NCBI GenBank assembly: GCA_038087875.1
Contig: CM075994.1
Location: 496,001 to 560,000 of the forward strand
DNA from: Malacoraja senta
Taxonomy: Eukaryota
DNA: 64,000 nt
Direction: 5' to 3'
The notes below the pieces were generated by a model. That model was not told the DNA's origin. It made no database searches and saw only the letters and a list, made by a program, of their open reading frames with translations. A program made the position numbers and the translations under genes. Shown piece after piece: positions 24,813-39,595 of the stretch (position 1 is its first letter; each line of letters starts with the position of its first letter).

Positions 24813-26307
24813 CTGACATAAAACAATGAGATAGCAACAGAATTTCTAATTATACATTATCCAGAGTCTTACCAATTTGTAGCCATTAAATGATGGAAGC
24901 AGGGCGACACGGTGGTGCAGCAGTAGAGCTGCTGCCCTGCAGCGCCAGAGACCTGGGTTCGATCCTGACTGCGGGTACTGTCTGTACGGAATTTGTATGT
25001 TTGCCCCATGACCTGCATGGGGTTTCTCCGTGATCTTTGGTTTCCTCCAACACTCCAAAGATGGACAGGCTTGTAGGTTAATTGGCTTGGTATAAATGTA
25101 AATTGTCCCTAGTGTGTGTAGGATTGTGGTAACATGTGGGGATCGCTGATCGGTGCGGACTCGGTGGGCCGAAGGACCTGTTTCCGTGCTGTATCTCTAA
25201 CTAAACTAAAACAAAACACAATACATTGATACTGGATTAATATGTTGCACATATAGAGCTTCTTTACTCTAGGTTTATAGTGGATATTGGTCACTAATTT
25301 AGCCGCAGGGGTGGATAAAGAAATGAAGGGGCCAGAGATGGATGAAGTGAAAGTGTGAGCCATGTGGCAATTGGCAGCCAAAACGTGGTGAAATTCTCCA
25401 GATGCGGCACGGTGACGGAGCGGTAGAGTTGCTGCCTCACAGCACCAGAGACGCAGGTTCGATCCTGACTACGGGTGCTGTCTGTACTTTCTCCCCGTAA
25501 CCTGCGTGGGTTTTCTCCGAGATCTTCGGTTTCCTTCCACACTCCAAAGACGTACAGGTTTGTAGGCTAGTTCGCTTGGTAAACTTCTAAAATTGGCACT
25601 CGTGTGTGTAGGATAGTGTTAGTGTGCGGGGATCGCTGGTCAGAGCGGGTTCGGTGTGCCGAAGGGCTTATCTCTAAGCTAAACTAAGCACAGACCAGTC
25701 CAGTATAGTCATCAAATATCTTGTGATAATGGTGAGGTTTTTTTTGTGGGTTTGAAAGAAGCAACATTTCACACAAAGTGCTGGAGTAACTCTGCAGGTC
25801 AGGCAGCATCTCTGGCGAATATAGACAGGTGACATTTTGGGTTACGATACTTATTCAGACTGTTCAGATGACATGTCGGGTCAAGACCCTTCGTCAGACT
25901 TCAGTCTCGACGCAAAACGCCCTATCCATGTTCTCCAGAGACACCGCCTGAGCTACTGAGTTGCTCCAGCATTTCATGCCCTTTTGTGTATTAACCAGCA
26001 TCTGCAGTTCCTTGTTTCAAAGTTCCACACATCCTCTCTGTGAGCACCTTGGTCCCATAGTGACACCGTTCATGTGGAGGCAGTGAATGGAGTTAAAGGA
26101 GAAGTTGTTTAAATGAGCACAAGTTCATTTAGGTAGGGGAAGGGTGGTGGAGGGGAGGGGGCTGGTTTGGTTTCTGTTCAAGGAAGAAGTGAGAGGGCGG
26201 AGGCACAGTGGCACAGCTGGTAAAGTTGCTGCCTCACAGCTCCAGAGATCCAGGTTCGATCCTGACTACAGGTGCTATATTCATGGAATTTGCATGTTTT
26301 CCCTGTG

Positions 26308-26776
26308 AATTAATGCCCGGGATGGCGGGACTGTCATATGCTGAGAGAATGGAGCGGTTCGGCATGTATATTCTGGAATTTAGAAGGATGAGAGGATATC
26401 TTATTGAAACATATAAGGTTATTAAGGGTCTAGACACGCTAGAGGCAGGAAACATGTTACCGATGTTGGGGGAATCCAGAACCAGGGGCCACAGTTTAAG
26501 TATAAGGGGAAAGCCATTTAGAACAGAGATGAGGAAACACTTTTTCACACAGAGAGTGGTGAGTCTATGGAATTCTCTGCCTCATAGGGCGGTGGAGGCC
26601 GGTTCTCTGGATACTTTCAAGAGAGAGTTAGATAGGGCTCTTCAAGATAGGGGATATGGGGAGAAGGCAGGAACGGGGTACTGATTGTGGATGATCAGCC
26701 ATGATCACATTGAATGGCGGTGCTGGCTCGAAGGGCCAAATGGCCTACTCCTGCACCTATTGCCCATTGTCTATTG
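26308..26776 (+). mobile_element. CR1 3' fragment nested in a SINE
   Basis: LEFRRMRG..ESRTRGHSL..FFTQRVV..WNSLP plus CR1 3'UTR; SINE halves on both sides. Confidence 0.8.
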
Positions 26777-27717
26777 TCTGCATGGGTTTCCTTCCCAAAC
26801 ACGTGCAGGTTTTAGGTTAATTGGCTTCTGTCAATTGTCCCTAATGTATGGTAAGTGGATGGAACATGGGATAACATAAGAGTGCGTGTCAAGAGGTTTA
26901 GGGAGGAACTGCAGATGCTGGTTTAAACCACAGACAGACACAAAAATGTGGAGTAACTCAGCGGGTTAGGCTGCATCTGCATTTCCTTGCTTCCACCCCT
27001 AAGTTAGATTCCAGTCTATAAATCACTCCCATGTATCCACTATTATAAACAATATTTGAGAAACACAAAGTTCTGGAGTGACTCAGTGGGTCAGGTAACA
27101 TCCCTGGAGAACATGGACACAAAAAAAGCTGGAGTAACTGGTGACGTTTCGGGTCGAGCCCCTTCTTCAGATGTCGACTCGAAACGTCACCTATTCTTTT
27201 TCTCCGGAGATGCTATCTGACCCGTTGAGTTACTCCAGCTTTTTGTGTCTATCTTCGGTGTAAACCAGTATCTGCAGTTCCATCCTACACGTCCCCAAAG
27301 AACATCTGCAGATGCTGGTTTACACCGAAGATAATCACGAAATGCTGGAATAATTTAGCGGGTTAACTTAACATCTCATCTCTGAAGAAAAGGAATATGC
27401 GACGTTTCGAGGGTCTCAACGCGAAATGTCATCTACTGCTTCTCTCCAGAGATGCTGCCTGGCCCGCTGAGTTACTCCAGCTTTTTGTGTCTATCTAATA
27501 TGAAGAGGTGAGCAATGGTCGACATGGACGCTCTTGGCCGAAGGGTCTGTTTCCATGCTGTATCGCTAAACTAAACTAAAATGAAAAACTTTGCGGCCAC
27601 TTCGGGGAGTGATGAGAGATGAGATGTACAAGCATTTAGGAGCCACGATATTTTGCTTTGGAATTTATGCTGAGTTTTCCCTGTCTATTGGGTCTTTCCT
27701 TTCAACTAAAATTGTTT

Positions 27718-28352
27718 ATGCACAAAATCTGGAGTAACTCTGCGGGACAGGCAGCATCTCTGGAGAAAAGGAATAGACCTTTTGGGTCGAGACCCTTCTT
27801 CAGACTGAAAGTCACAGGAAAGGGACATGAGAGATATCGAACAAATGAATGAAAAATATACATAAAAATAATGTAACAATGAAAAAGGAAATAGGTAATT
27901 GTTAGGTGTAACAAGGTGAGAATGAAAAGCTGGTGCGACTTGGGTGGGGGAGGGATGGAGAGAGAGGGAATGTCGGGGTTACTTGGTCAGAGAAATCAAT
28001 ATTCATACCCCTGGGGTGTAAGCTGCACAGGTGAAATATGAGATGTTGTTCCTCCAATTTGCATTTAGCCTCACTCGAACAATGGAGGAGACCCAAGACA
28101 GAAAGGGCATTGTGGGAATTGGAAGAGGAATTAAAGTGTTTAGCAACCGGGAGATCAGGTAAGTTTTACACGACTTTGAATTTAAACACCATTGAAAATA
28201 AATTCTTTGCACCAGACTCTCTGTCTGAAGAAGGGTCTCGACCCGAAACGTCACAAATTCCTTCTCTCCAGAGATGCTGCCTGTCCCACTGAGTTACTCC
28301 CGCTTTTTGTGTCTATCTTTGGTCTAAACCAGCATCTGCAGTTCCTTCCTGC
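27718..28352 (-). mobile_element. Penelope-like element 3' fragment (GIY-YIG C-terminus + 3'UTR/hammerhead) with inverted pLTR copy at about 28220-28352
   Basis: KLEEQHLIFHLCSLHPRGMNIDF resembles the C-terminal E..I..L.T..P.GLN motif of PLE GIY-YIG endonucleases. Related pieces at 41763-42140(+) and 3045-3372(-). Confidence 0.7.
28221..28256 (+). ncRNA. Minimal type I hammerhead ribozyme motif
   Basis: tgt-CTGAAGA-A-GGGTC(TC)GACCC-GAAAC-GTC-aca: conserved core, stem II, and 3-bp stem I (tgt/aca). Confidence 0.7.
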
Positions 28353-28468
28353 ACAGTCCTGGTGCAACCTGCCCTTCTCTCTCGGTATGTGAGGCCATGA
28401 CGTCAATAAACTTGTGACCTACCACTAGATGCTGACTGCCATTCACTGAGTCAGGAAGGGTCACTTAC

Positions 28469-28609
28469 CCCTGCGGGCTTTGGTCAGCAGTATGGACAAG
28501 CCAATGGTGATTAGGATAAGGAAAAGGGCCGCAGGTATAGCTATATCCATCAGCCTGTTCCTGTTCCGCCCAGATCCTGTTGGAGTCGCGGAAGTGGAGG
28601 TCACACTTT
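28469..28609 (-). CDS. Ig-superfamily receptor gene, exon 3: S/T-rich stalk + transmembrane helix (ESVTSTSATPTGSGRNRNRLMDIAIPAALFLILITIGLSILLTKARR)
   Basis: Acceptor tgttttattacag| and donor G|GTAAGT; 141 nt, phase 1-1. About 20 hydrophobic residues followed by the basic stop-transfer KARR. Confidence 0.88.
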
Positions 28610-31575
28610 CTGTAATAAAACAGATGGGTTATTGCAATGAACTAGACCGGAAGGGACCACTGCCTCAATGAAGCAGCCAATATCACCAAAGACCCACGCC
28701 ACCCTGGCCACGCTGCCATCCCGCAGCGTGAGAACTGTGACCATCAGCTTCAAGAACGGCGACATGGTGGCTCAGCGGTAGAGTTGTTGCCTTAGAGTGC
28801 TTGCAGCGCCGTGCACACGGCTTGAATCACGACTTCGAGTGCTGCCTGTACGGAGTTTGTACGCTCTCCTCGTGACCCGCGTGGGTTTTCTCCGAGATCT
28901 TTGGTTTCCTCCCACACTCCAAAGACGTACAGGTACGTAGGTAAATTGGCTTGGTATAAATGTAAAAATGTGTAGGATAGTGTTAATATGCGGGGATTGC
29001 TGGTCAGAGTGGACCCGGTGTGCCGAAGGGCCTGTTTCCACGCTGTATCTCTAAACTAAACAGATTCTTCCCAACAGCCATCAGGCTCTTGAGCACTGCA
29101 CAACACTAACCACAGCATACGCGATCTCCCATGGACCAGGTCTTTGTTTCCACTACAGATTAAACTGTACAACCTCTCCCCCTTCTGTCATAGGGTAGAC
29201 TGAGACTGACTCCCTTCCCTCCCCATCCCAATCTTTGCACATCCTCAATCCTTTCCACTCGTCATTTTAATCTCATGTTTCATGTATTTTGTGTTTTTAT
29301 GACTGTTGGCAGATCAATCTCCCTACTATCGTTCAATCATATCATATCAGATGGTATTCGGATTTTGCACTATTATGGTTAGCTAGTTTAATTTAGTTTA
29401 TTACTGCCACATGTACGGAGGTACTTGTTTGTTACCTGCTATCCAGTCAAAGAAAAGAGTAAACTTGATTACAATCAATCCGTCCACAGTATACAGATAA
29501 AGGACAAAGGATACTACATTTAGTGCAAGATAGGGTTTAATTAAAGATAGACACAAAATACTGGGGTAACTCAGCGGATCAGGCAGCATCTCTGGGAGAA
29601 GGAATAGATGACATTTCCGGTCGTAACCCTTCTTCAGTCTCAACCGAAACATCACCTATTCCTTTTCTCCAAAGTAGCTGCCTGACCCACTGAGTTTCTC
29701 CAGCATTTTCACAAGTTCACAAGCTGTAGGGGTAGAATTAGGCCATTCGGCCCATCGAGTCTACTCCGCCATTTAGTCATGGCTGATCTCTGCCTCCTAA
29801 TCCCATTTTCCTGCCTTCTCCCCATAAACCTTGACAACCGTTCTAATCAAGAATTTGTCTATCTCTGGCTTAAAAATATCCAATGACTTGGCCTCCACAG
29901 CCCTCCGTGGCAATGAGTTCCACAGATTAACTACCCTCTGAGTAAAGAAGTGCATCCTCACCTCCTTTCTAACAGAGCGCCCTTTAATTTTGACGCTATG
30001 TGCTCTGGTCCTAGACTCTCCCACCAGTGGAAACATCCTTTCCACATCCACTCTTTCTATGCCTTTCATTATTCTGCAATTTTCAATGAGGTCCCCCCCC
30101 TCAACCTTCTAAACTCCACCAAGTAGAGAGCCAGTGCTGTCAAACGCTCATCATATGCAAACCCACTCATTCCTGGAATCATTCTTAGAGTCATAGAGTG
30201 ATACAGTGTGGAAACAGGCCCTTCAGCCCAACTTACCCACACCGGCCAACATGTCCCAGCTACACTAGTCTCACCTGCCTGCGCTTGGTCCATATCCCTC
30301 CAAACGTGTCCTATCCATATACCTGTCTTACTGTTTCTTAAACGTTGGGATAGTCCCAGCCTCAACTACCTCCTCTGGCAGTTTGTTCCATACACCCACC
30401 ACCCTCAGATTCCTATTAACTCTTTTCCCCTTCACCTTGAACCTATGTCCTCTGGTCCTCGATTCAGCTACTCTGTAAATCTACCCGATCCATTCCTCTC
30501 ATGATCTTAGACACCTCTATAAGATCACCCCTCATCCTCCTGCGCTCAAAGGAATAGAGACCCAGCCTACTCGACCTCTCCCGATAGCTCAGACCCTCTA
30601 GTCCTGGCAACATCCTCGTAAATCTTCTCTGAACCTTTTCAAGCTTGACAATATCTTTCCTATAACATGGTGCCAGATCTGAACACAACTCTTGCAAACA
30701 TTTTGTGTCTATCTTCGGTGTTGCTCTGCATCTGAAGTTCCTTCCTACACAATCCCATGAAAGATCATTCATTTGATTATATATTTATTTGTTGTCATTG
30801 TTTTTACAGGGCTGTTGGGCCATAGCAAGTCAGAATTTCACGTTCCCAGCAGATGCTGATTTAAAACGAAGATAAGACACAAAATGCTGGAATATAGGGC
30901 CTGTCCCACTTGAGCGTCATTTGCGCGTCATTTACTAAGCAAATCTCCCTGGTACCTGCACGGTTGTCTGATGCGGTTCAGTTAACGGTGTTAAATGAAA
31001 TTCGGCATAGAAACCCCCAACGCGGTGAAACATGAACATCTTCAAAGATACAATGCTCGCGGTTCAATATCGGGCTGGTCATAGAACCTACACCGGGGGT
31101 AGAGGGGAGGGAGGACGCCGGGGAGAGGGAGGAAGACACGACGGGGTAAAAGGGGGTGAGACGCCGGGAGGAGGGGGGGGGGAGAGGGGGAGGGAGGTGG
31201 GAGGAGAGGGGAGAGAAGGGGATAGGGGAAGGTACGCCAGGGGTAGCATGGGTGGGGGGGAGAGGGGAGGCCAGGGATAATTTAGTTTAGTTCAGATACA
31301 GCACGGAAAGGGGCCCTTCAGCCCACCGATTCCGCCTCGACTACTTGCACTATCCCACACACACCAGGGACAATTCCCAATTATACCGAAGCCAATTAAC
31401 CTACAAACCTTGTACGTCTTTGAAGTGTGGGAGGAAACCGGAGCTCCTGGAGAAAACCCACGCAGGTCATGGGGAGAACGTACAAACTCCGGACAGACAG
31501 CGCCCTTAGTCAGGATCGAACCCGGGTCATGCTTTAATTGCCCCCTCTGTGTGTGAACGCTCCGCCGGTTCCTAC

Positions 31576-31756
31576 CTGTCCCAGTGTGGTTATTGTAGAC
31601 CGTTAATGTCATGTTGTCTTTCACGCTGTTGTTTCCGCCGCTGTAAACAGATATCTCGTACACTCCGCTGTCATTGCGCCGTAAATCCCACAGTAACAGG
31701 GACCCATTCTCGGGGTAGAGGTGGACTCGCCCCGTGTGGGAAGGACCGGTCACCCA
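31576..31756 (-). pseudogene. Duplicated 3' half of the V exon (copy 1) with intact splice donor
   Basis: WVTGPSHTGRVHLYPENGSLLLWDLRRNDSGVYEISVYSGGNNSVKDNMTLTVYNNHTGT followed by G|GTAGGA; aligns without gaps to 39596-39776. Confidence 0.9.
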
Positions 31757-34249
31757 TGGATCAGGCTCTTGAGCACTGCACAACACTAACCACAGCATAC
31801 GCGATCTCCCATGGACCAGGTCTTTGTTTCCACTACAGATTAAACTGTACAACCTCTCCCCCTTCTGTCATAGGGTAGACTGAGACTGACTCCCTTCCCT
31901 CCCCATCCCAATCTTTGCACATCCTCAATCCTTTCCACTCGTCATTTTAATCTCATGTTTCATGTATTTTGTGTTTTTATGACTGTTGGCAGATCAATCT
32001 CCCTCCCAGTTCAATCATATCGTATCAGATGGTATTCGGTTTTTGCACTATTATGGTTAGCTAGTTTAATTTAGTTTATTACTGCCACATGTACGGAGGT
32101 ACTTGTTTGTTACCTGCTATCCAGTCAAAGAAAAGAGTAAACTTGATTACAATCAATCCGTCCACAGTATACAGATAAAGGACAAAGGATACTACATTTA
32201 GTGCAAGATAGGGTTTAATTAAAGATAGACACTAAATACTGGGGTAACTCAGCGGATCAGGCAGCATCTCTGGGAGAAGGAATAGATGACATTTCCGGTC
32301 GTAACCCTTCTTCAGTCTCAACCGAAACATCACCTATTCCTTTTCTCCAAAGTAGCTGCCTGACCCACTGAGTTTCTCCAGCATTTTCACAAGTTCACAA
32401 GCTGTAGGGGTAGAATTAGGCCATTCGGCCCATCGAGTCTACTCCGCCATTTAGTCATGGCTGATCTCTGCCTCCTAATCCCATTTTCCTGCCTTCTCCC
32501 CATAAACCTTGACAACCGTTCTAATCAAGAATTTGTCTATCTCTGGCTTAAAAATATCCAATGACTTGGCCTCCACAGCCCTCCGTGGCAATGAGTTCCA
32601 CAGATTAACTACCCTCTGAGTAAAGAAGTGCATCCTCACCTCCTTTCTAACAGAGCGCCCTTTAATTTGACGCTATGTGCTCTGGTCCTAGACTCTCCCA
32701 CCAGTGGAAACATCCTTTCCACATCCACTCTTTCTATGCCTTTCATTATTCTGCAATTTCAATGAGGTCCCCCCCTCAACCTTCTAAACTCCACCAAGTA
32801 GAGAGCCAGTGCTGTCAAACGCTCATCATATGCAAACCCACTCATTCCTGGAATCATTCTTAGAGTCATAGAGTGATACAGTGTGGAAACAGGCCCTTCA
32901 GCCCAACTTACCCACACCGGCCAACATGTCCCAGCTACACTAGTCTCACCTGCCTGCGCTTGGTCCATATCCCTCCAAACGTGTCCTATCCATATACCTG
33001 TCTTACTGTTTCTTAAACGTTGGGATAGTCCCAGCCTCAACTACCTCCTCTGGCAGTTTGTTCCATACACCCACCACCCTCAGATTCCTATTAACTCTTT
33101 TCCCCTTCACCTTGAACCTATGTCCTCTGGTCCTCGATTCAGCTACTCTGTAAATCTACCCGATCCATTCCTCTCATGATCTTAGACACCTCTATAAGAT
33201 CACCCCTCATCCTCCTGCGCTCAAAGGAATAGAGACCCAGCCTACTCGACCTCTCCCGATAGCTCAGACCCTCTAGTCCTGGCAACATCCTCGTAAATCT
33301 TCTCTGAACCTTTTCAAGCTTGACAATATCTTTCCTATAACATGGTGCCAGATCTGAACACAACTCTTGCAAACATTTTGTGTCTATCTTCGGTGTTGCT
33401 CTGCATCTGAAGTTCCTTCCTACACAATCCCATGAAAGATCATTCATTTGATTATATATTTATTTGTTGTCATTGTTTTTACAGGGCTGTTGGGCCATAG
33501 CAAGTCAGAATTTCACGTTCCCAGCAGATGCTGATTTAAAACGAAGATAAGACACAAAATGCTGGAATATAGGGCCTGTCCCACTTGAGCGTCATTTGCG
33601 CGTCATTTACTAAGCAAATCTCCCTGGTACCTGCACGGTTGTCTGATGCGGTTCAGTTAACGGTGTTAAATGAAATTCGGCATAGAAAACCCCCAACGCG
33701 GTGAAACATGAACATCTTCAAAGATACAATGCTCGCGGTTCAATATCGGGCTGGTCATAGAACCTACACCGGGGGTAGAGGGGAGGGAGGACGCCGGGGA
33801 GAGGGAGGAAGACACGACGGGGTAAAAGGGGGTGAGACGCCGGGAGGAGGGGGGGGGAGATGGGGAGGGAGGTGGGAGGAGAGGGGAGAGAAGGGGATAG
33901 GGGAAGGTACGCCAGGGGTAGCATGGGTGGGGGGGAGAGGGGAGGCCAGGGATAATTTAGTTTAGTTCAGATACAGCACGGAAAGGGGCCCTTCAGCCCA
34001 CCGATTCCGCCTCGACTACTCGCACTATCCCACACACACCAGGGACAATTCCCAATTATACCGAAGCCAATTAACCTACAAACCTTGTACGTCTTTGAAG
34101 TGTGGGAGGAAACCGGAGCTCCCGGAGAAACCCACGCAGGTCACGGGGAGAACGTACAAACTCCGGACAGACAGCACCCTTAGTCAGGATCGAACCCGGG
34201 TCATGCTTTAATTGCCCCCTCTGTGTGTGAACGCTCCGCCGGTTCCTAC

Positions 34250-34430
34250 CTGTCCCAGTGTGGTTATTGTAGACCGTTAATGTCACGTTGTCTTTCACGC
34301 TGTTGTTTCCGCCGCTGTAAACAGATATCTCGTACACTCCGCTGTCATTGCGCCGTAAATCCCACAGTAACAGGGACCCATTCTCGGGGTAGAGGTGGAC
34401 TCGCCCCGTGTGGGAAGGACCGGTCACCCA
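34250..34430 (-). pseudogene. Duplicated 3' half of the V exon (copy 2)
   Basis: Same 181-nt fragment (DNVTLTVY variant) with the donor retained. Confidence 0.9.
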
Positions 34431-36930
34431 TGGATCAGGCTCTTGAGCACTGCACAACACTAACCACAGCATACGCGATCTCCCATGGACCAGGTCTTTG
34501 TTTCCACTACAGATTAAACTGTACAACCTCTCCCCCTTCTGTCATAGGGTAGACTGAGACTGACTCCCTTCCCTCCCCATCCCAATCTTTGCACATCCTC
34601 AATCCTTTCCACTCGTCATTTTAATCTCATGTTTCATGTATTTTGTGTTTTTATGACTGTTGGCAGATCAATCTCCCTACTATCGTTCAATCATATCGTA
34701 TCAGATGGTATTCGGTTTTTGCACTATTATGGTTAGCTAGTTTAATTTAGTTTATTACTGCCACATGTACGGAGGTACTTGTTTGTTACCTGCTATCCAG
34801 TCAAAGAAAAGAGTAAACTTGATTACAATCAATCCGTCCACAGTATACAGATAAAGGACAAAGGATACTACATTTAGTGCAAGATAGGGTTTAATTAAAG
34901 ATAGACACAAAATACTGGGGTAACTCAGCGGATCAGGCAGCATCTCTGGGAGAAGGAATAGATGACATTTCCGGTCGTAACCCTTCTTCAGTCTCAACCG
35001 AAACATCACCTATTCCTTTTCTCCAAAGTAGCTGCCTGACCCACTGAGTTTCTCCAGCATTTTCACAAGTTCACAAGCTGTAGGGGTAGAATTAGGCCAT
35101 TCGGCCCATCGAGTCTACTCCGCCATTTAGTCATGGCTGATCTCTGCCTCCTAATCCCATTTTCCTGCCTTCTCCCCATAAACCTTGACAACCGTTCTAA
35201 TCAAGAATTTGTCTATCTCTGGCTTAAAAATATCCAATGACTTGGCCTCCACAGCCCTCCGTGGCAATGAGTTCCACAGATTAACTACCCTCTGAGTAAA
35301 GAAGTGCATCCTCACCTCCTTTCTAACAGAGCGCCCTTTAATTTTGACGCTATGTGCTCTGGTCCTAGACTCTCCCACCAGTGGAAACATCCTTTCCACA
35401 TCCACTCTTTCTATGCCTTTCATTATTCTGCAATTTTCAATGAGGTCCCCCCCCTCAACCTTCTAAACTCCACCAAGTAGAGAGCCAGTGCTGTCAAACG
35501 CTCATCATATGCAAACCCACTCATTCCTGGAATCATTCTTAGAGTCATAGAGTGATACAGTGTGGAAACAGGCCCTTCAGCCCAACTTACCCACACCGGC
35601 CAACATGTCCCAGCTACACTAGTCTCACCTGCCTGCGCTTGGTCCATATCCCTCCAAACGTGTCCTATCCATATACCTGTCTTACTGTTTCTTAAACGTT
35701 GGGATAGTCCCAGCCTCAACTACCTCCTCTGGCAGTTTGTTCCATACACCCACCACCCTCAGATTCCTATTAACTCTTTTCCCCTTCACCTTGAACCTAT
35801 GTCCTCTGGTCCTCGATTCAGCTACTCTGTAAATCTACCCGATCCATTCCTCTCATGATCTTAGACACCTCTATAAGATCACCCCTCATCCTCCTGCGCT
35901 CAAAGGAATAGAGACCCAGCCTACTCGACCTCTCCCGATAGCTCAGACCCTCTAGTCCTGGCAACATCCTCGTAAATCTTCTCTGAACCTTTTCAAGCTT
36001 GACAATATCTTTCCTATAACATGGTGCCAGATCTGAACACAACTCTTGCAAACATTTTGTGTCTATCTTCGGTGTTGCTCTGCATCTGAAGTTCCTTCCT
36101 ACACAATCCCATGAAAGATCATTCATTTGATTATATATTTATTTGTTGTCATTGTTTTTACAGGGCTGTTGGGCCATAGCAAGTCAGAATTTCACGTTCC
36201 CAGCAGATGCTGATTTAAAACGAAGATAAGACACAAAATGCTGGAATATAGGGCCTGTCTCACTTGAGCGTCATTTGCGCGTCATTTACTAAGCAAATCT
36301 CCCTGGTACCTGCACGGTTGTCTGATGCGGTTCAGTTAACGGTGTTAAATGAAATTCGGCATAGAAACCCCCAACGCGGTGAAACATGAACATCTTCAAA
36401 GATACAATGCTCGCGGTTCAATATCGGGCTGGTCATAGAACCTACACCGGGGGTAGAGGGGAGAGAGGACGCCGGGGAGAGGGAGGAAGACACGACGGGG
36501 TAAAAGGGGGTGAGACGCCGGGAGGAGGGGGGGGGGGAGAGGGGGAGGGAGGTGGGAGGAGAGGGGAGAGAAGGGGATAGGGGAAGGTACGCCAGGGGTA
36601 GCATGGGTGGGGGGGAGAGGGGAGGCCAGGGATAATTTAGTTTAGTTCAGATACAGCACGGAAAGGGGCCCTTCAGCCCACCGATTCCGCCTCGACTACT
36701 CGCACTATCCCACACACACCAGGGACAATTCCCAATTATACCGAAGCCAATTAACCTACAAACCTTGTACGTCTTTGAAGTGTGGGAGGAAACCGGAGCT
36801 CCCGGAGAAAACCCACGCAGGTCACGGGGAGAACGTACAAACTCCGGACAGACAGCGCCCTTAGTCAGGATCGAACCCGGGTCATGCTTTAATTGCCCCC
36901 TCTGTGTGTGAACGCTCCGCCGGTTCCTAC

Positions 36931-37111
36931 CTGTCCCAGTGTGGTTATTGTAGACCGTTAATGTCACGTTGTCTTTCACGCTGTTGTTTCCGCCGCTGTA
37001 AACAGATATCTCGTACACTCCGCTGTCATTGCGCCGTAAATCCCACAGTAACAGGGACCCATTCTCGGGGTAGAGGTGGACTCGCCCCGTGTGGGAAGGA
37101 CCGGTCACCCA
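36931..37111 (-). pseudogene. Duplicated 3' half of the V exon (copy 3)
   Basis: Same 181-nt fragment with the donor retained. Confidence 0.9.
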
Positions 37112-39595
37112 TGGATCAGGCTCTTGAGCACTGCACAACACTAACCACAGCATACGCGATCTCCCATGGACCAGGTCTTTGTTTCCACTACAGATTAAAC
37201 TGTACAACCTCTCCCCCTTCTGTCATAGGGTAGACTGAGACTGACTCCCTTCCCTCCCCATCCCAATCTTTGCACATCCTCAATCCTTTCCACTCGTCAT
37301 TTTAATCTCATGTTTCATGTATTTTGTGTTTTTATGACTGTTGGCAGATCAATCTCCCTACTATCGTTCAATCATATCGTATCAGATGGTATTCGGTTTT
37401 TGCACTATTATGGTTAGCTAGTTTAATTTAGTTTATTACTGCCACATGTACGGAGGTACTTGTTTGTTACCTGCTATCCAGTCAAAGAAAAGAGTAAACT
37501 TGATTACAATCAATCCATCCACAGTATACAGATAAAGGACAAAGGATACTACATTTAGTGCAAGATAGGGTTTAATTAAAGATAGACACAAAATACTGGG
37601 GTAACTCAGCGGATCAGGCAGCATCTCTGGGAGAAGGAATAGATGACATTTCCGGTCGTAACCCTTCTTCAGTCTCAACCGAAACATCACCTATTCCTTT
37701 TCTCCAAAGTAGCTGCCTGACCCACTGAGTTTCTCCAGCATTTTCACAAGTTCACAAGCTGTAGGGGTAGAATTAGGCCATTCGGCCCATCGAGTCTACT
37801 CCGCCATTTAGTCATGGCTGATCTCTGCCTCCTAATCCCATTTTCCTGCCTTCTCCCCATAAACCTTGACAACCGTTCTAATCAAGAATTTGTCTATCTC
37901 TGGCTTAAAAATATCCAATGACTTGGCCTCCACAGCCCTCCGTGGCAATGAGTTCCACAGATTAACTACCCTCTGAGTAAAGAAGTGCATCCTCACCCCC
38001 TTTCTAACAGAGCGCCCTTTAATTTTGACGCTATGTGCTCTGGTCCTAGACTCTCCCACCAGTGGAAACATCCTTTCCACATCCACTCTTTCTATGCCTT
38101 TCATTATTCTGCAATTTTCAATGAGGTCCCCCCCCTCAACCTTCTAAACTCCACCAAGTAGAGAGCCAGTGCTGTCAAACGCTCATCATATGCAAACCCA
38201 CTCATTCCTGGAATCATTCTTAGAGTCATAGAGTGATACAGTGTGGAAACAGGCCCTTCAGCCCAACTTACCCACACCGGCCAACATGTCCCAGCTACAC
38301 TAGTCTCACCTGCCTGCGCTTGGTCCATATCCCTCCAAACGTGTCCTATCCATATACCTGTCTTACTGTTTCTTAAACGTTGGGATAGTCCCAGCCTCAA
38401 CTACCTCCTCTGGCAGTTTGTTCCATACACCCACCACCCTCAGATTCCTATTAACTCTTTTCCCCTTCACCTTGAACCTATGTCCTCTGGTCCTCGATTC
38501 AGCTACTCTGTAAATCTACCCAATCCATTCCTCTCATGATCTTAGACACCTCTATAAGATCACCCCTCATCCTCCTGCGCTCAAAGGAATAGAGACCCAG
38601 CCTACTCGACCTCTCCCGATAGCTCAGACCCTCTAGTCCTGGCAACATCCTCGTAAATCTTCTCTGAACCTTTTCAAGCTTGACAATATCTTTCCTATAA
38701 CATGGTGCCAGATCTGAACACAACTCTTGCAAACATTTTGTGTCTATCTTCGGTGTTGCTCTGCATCTGAAGTTCCTTCCTACACAATCCCATGAAAGAT
38801 CATTCATTTGATTATATATTTATTTGTTGTCATTGTTTTTACAGGGCTGTTGGGCCATTGCAAGTCAGAATTTCACGTTCCCAGCAGATGCTGATTTAAA
38901 ACGAAGATAAGACACAAAATGCTGGAATATAGGGCCTGTCCCACTTGAGCGTCATTTGCGCGTCATTTACTAAGCAAATCTCCCTGGTACCTGCACGGTT
39001 GTCTGATGCGGTTCAGTTAACGGTGTTAAATGAAATTCGGCATAGAAACCCCCAACGCGGTGAAACATGAACATCTTCAAAGATACAATGCTCGCGGTTC
39101 AATATCGGGCTGGTCATAGAACCTACACCGGGGGTAGAGGGGAGGGAGGACGCCGGGGAGAGGGAGGAAGACACGACGGGGTAAAAGGGGATGAGACGCC
39201 GGGAGGGGGGGGGAGAGGGGGATGGAGGAGAGGGGAGAGAAGGGGATGGGGGAAGGCACGCCGGGGGTAGCATGGGGGGGGAGGGGAGGCCAGGGATAAT
39301 TTAGTTTAGTTCAGATAAAGCACGGAAAGGGGCCCTTCGGCCCACCGATTCCGCGTCGACCACTCGCACTATCCCACACACACCAGGGACAATTCCCAAT
39401 TATACCGAAGCCAATTAACCTACAAACCTTGTACGTCTTTGAAGTGTGGGAGGAAATTCTGAGCTCCCGGAGAAAACCCACGCAGGTCACGGGGAGAACG
39501 TACAAACTCCGGACAGACAGCGCCCTTAGTCAGGATCGAACCCGGGTCATGCTTTAATTGCCCCCTCTGTGTTTGAACGCTCCGCCGGTTCCTAC

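Noticed and set aside
31292..37207. 186-aa and 151-aa ORFs as independent Ig genes
   Set aside because: Only ~60 codons are Ig-derived; the rest is read-through into LINE and SINE sequence, and the N-terminal half of the domain is missing.
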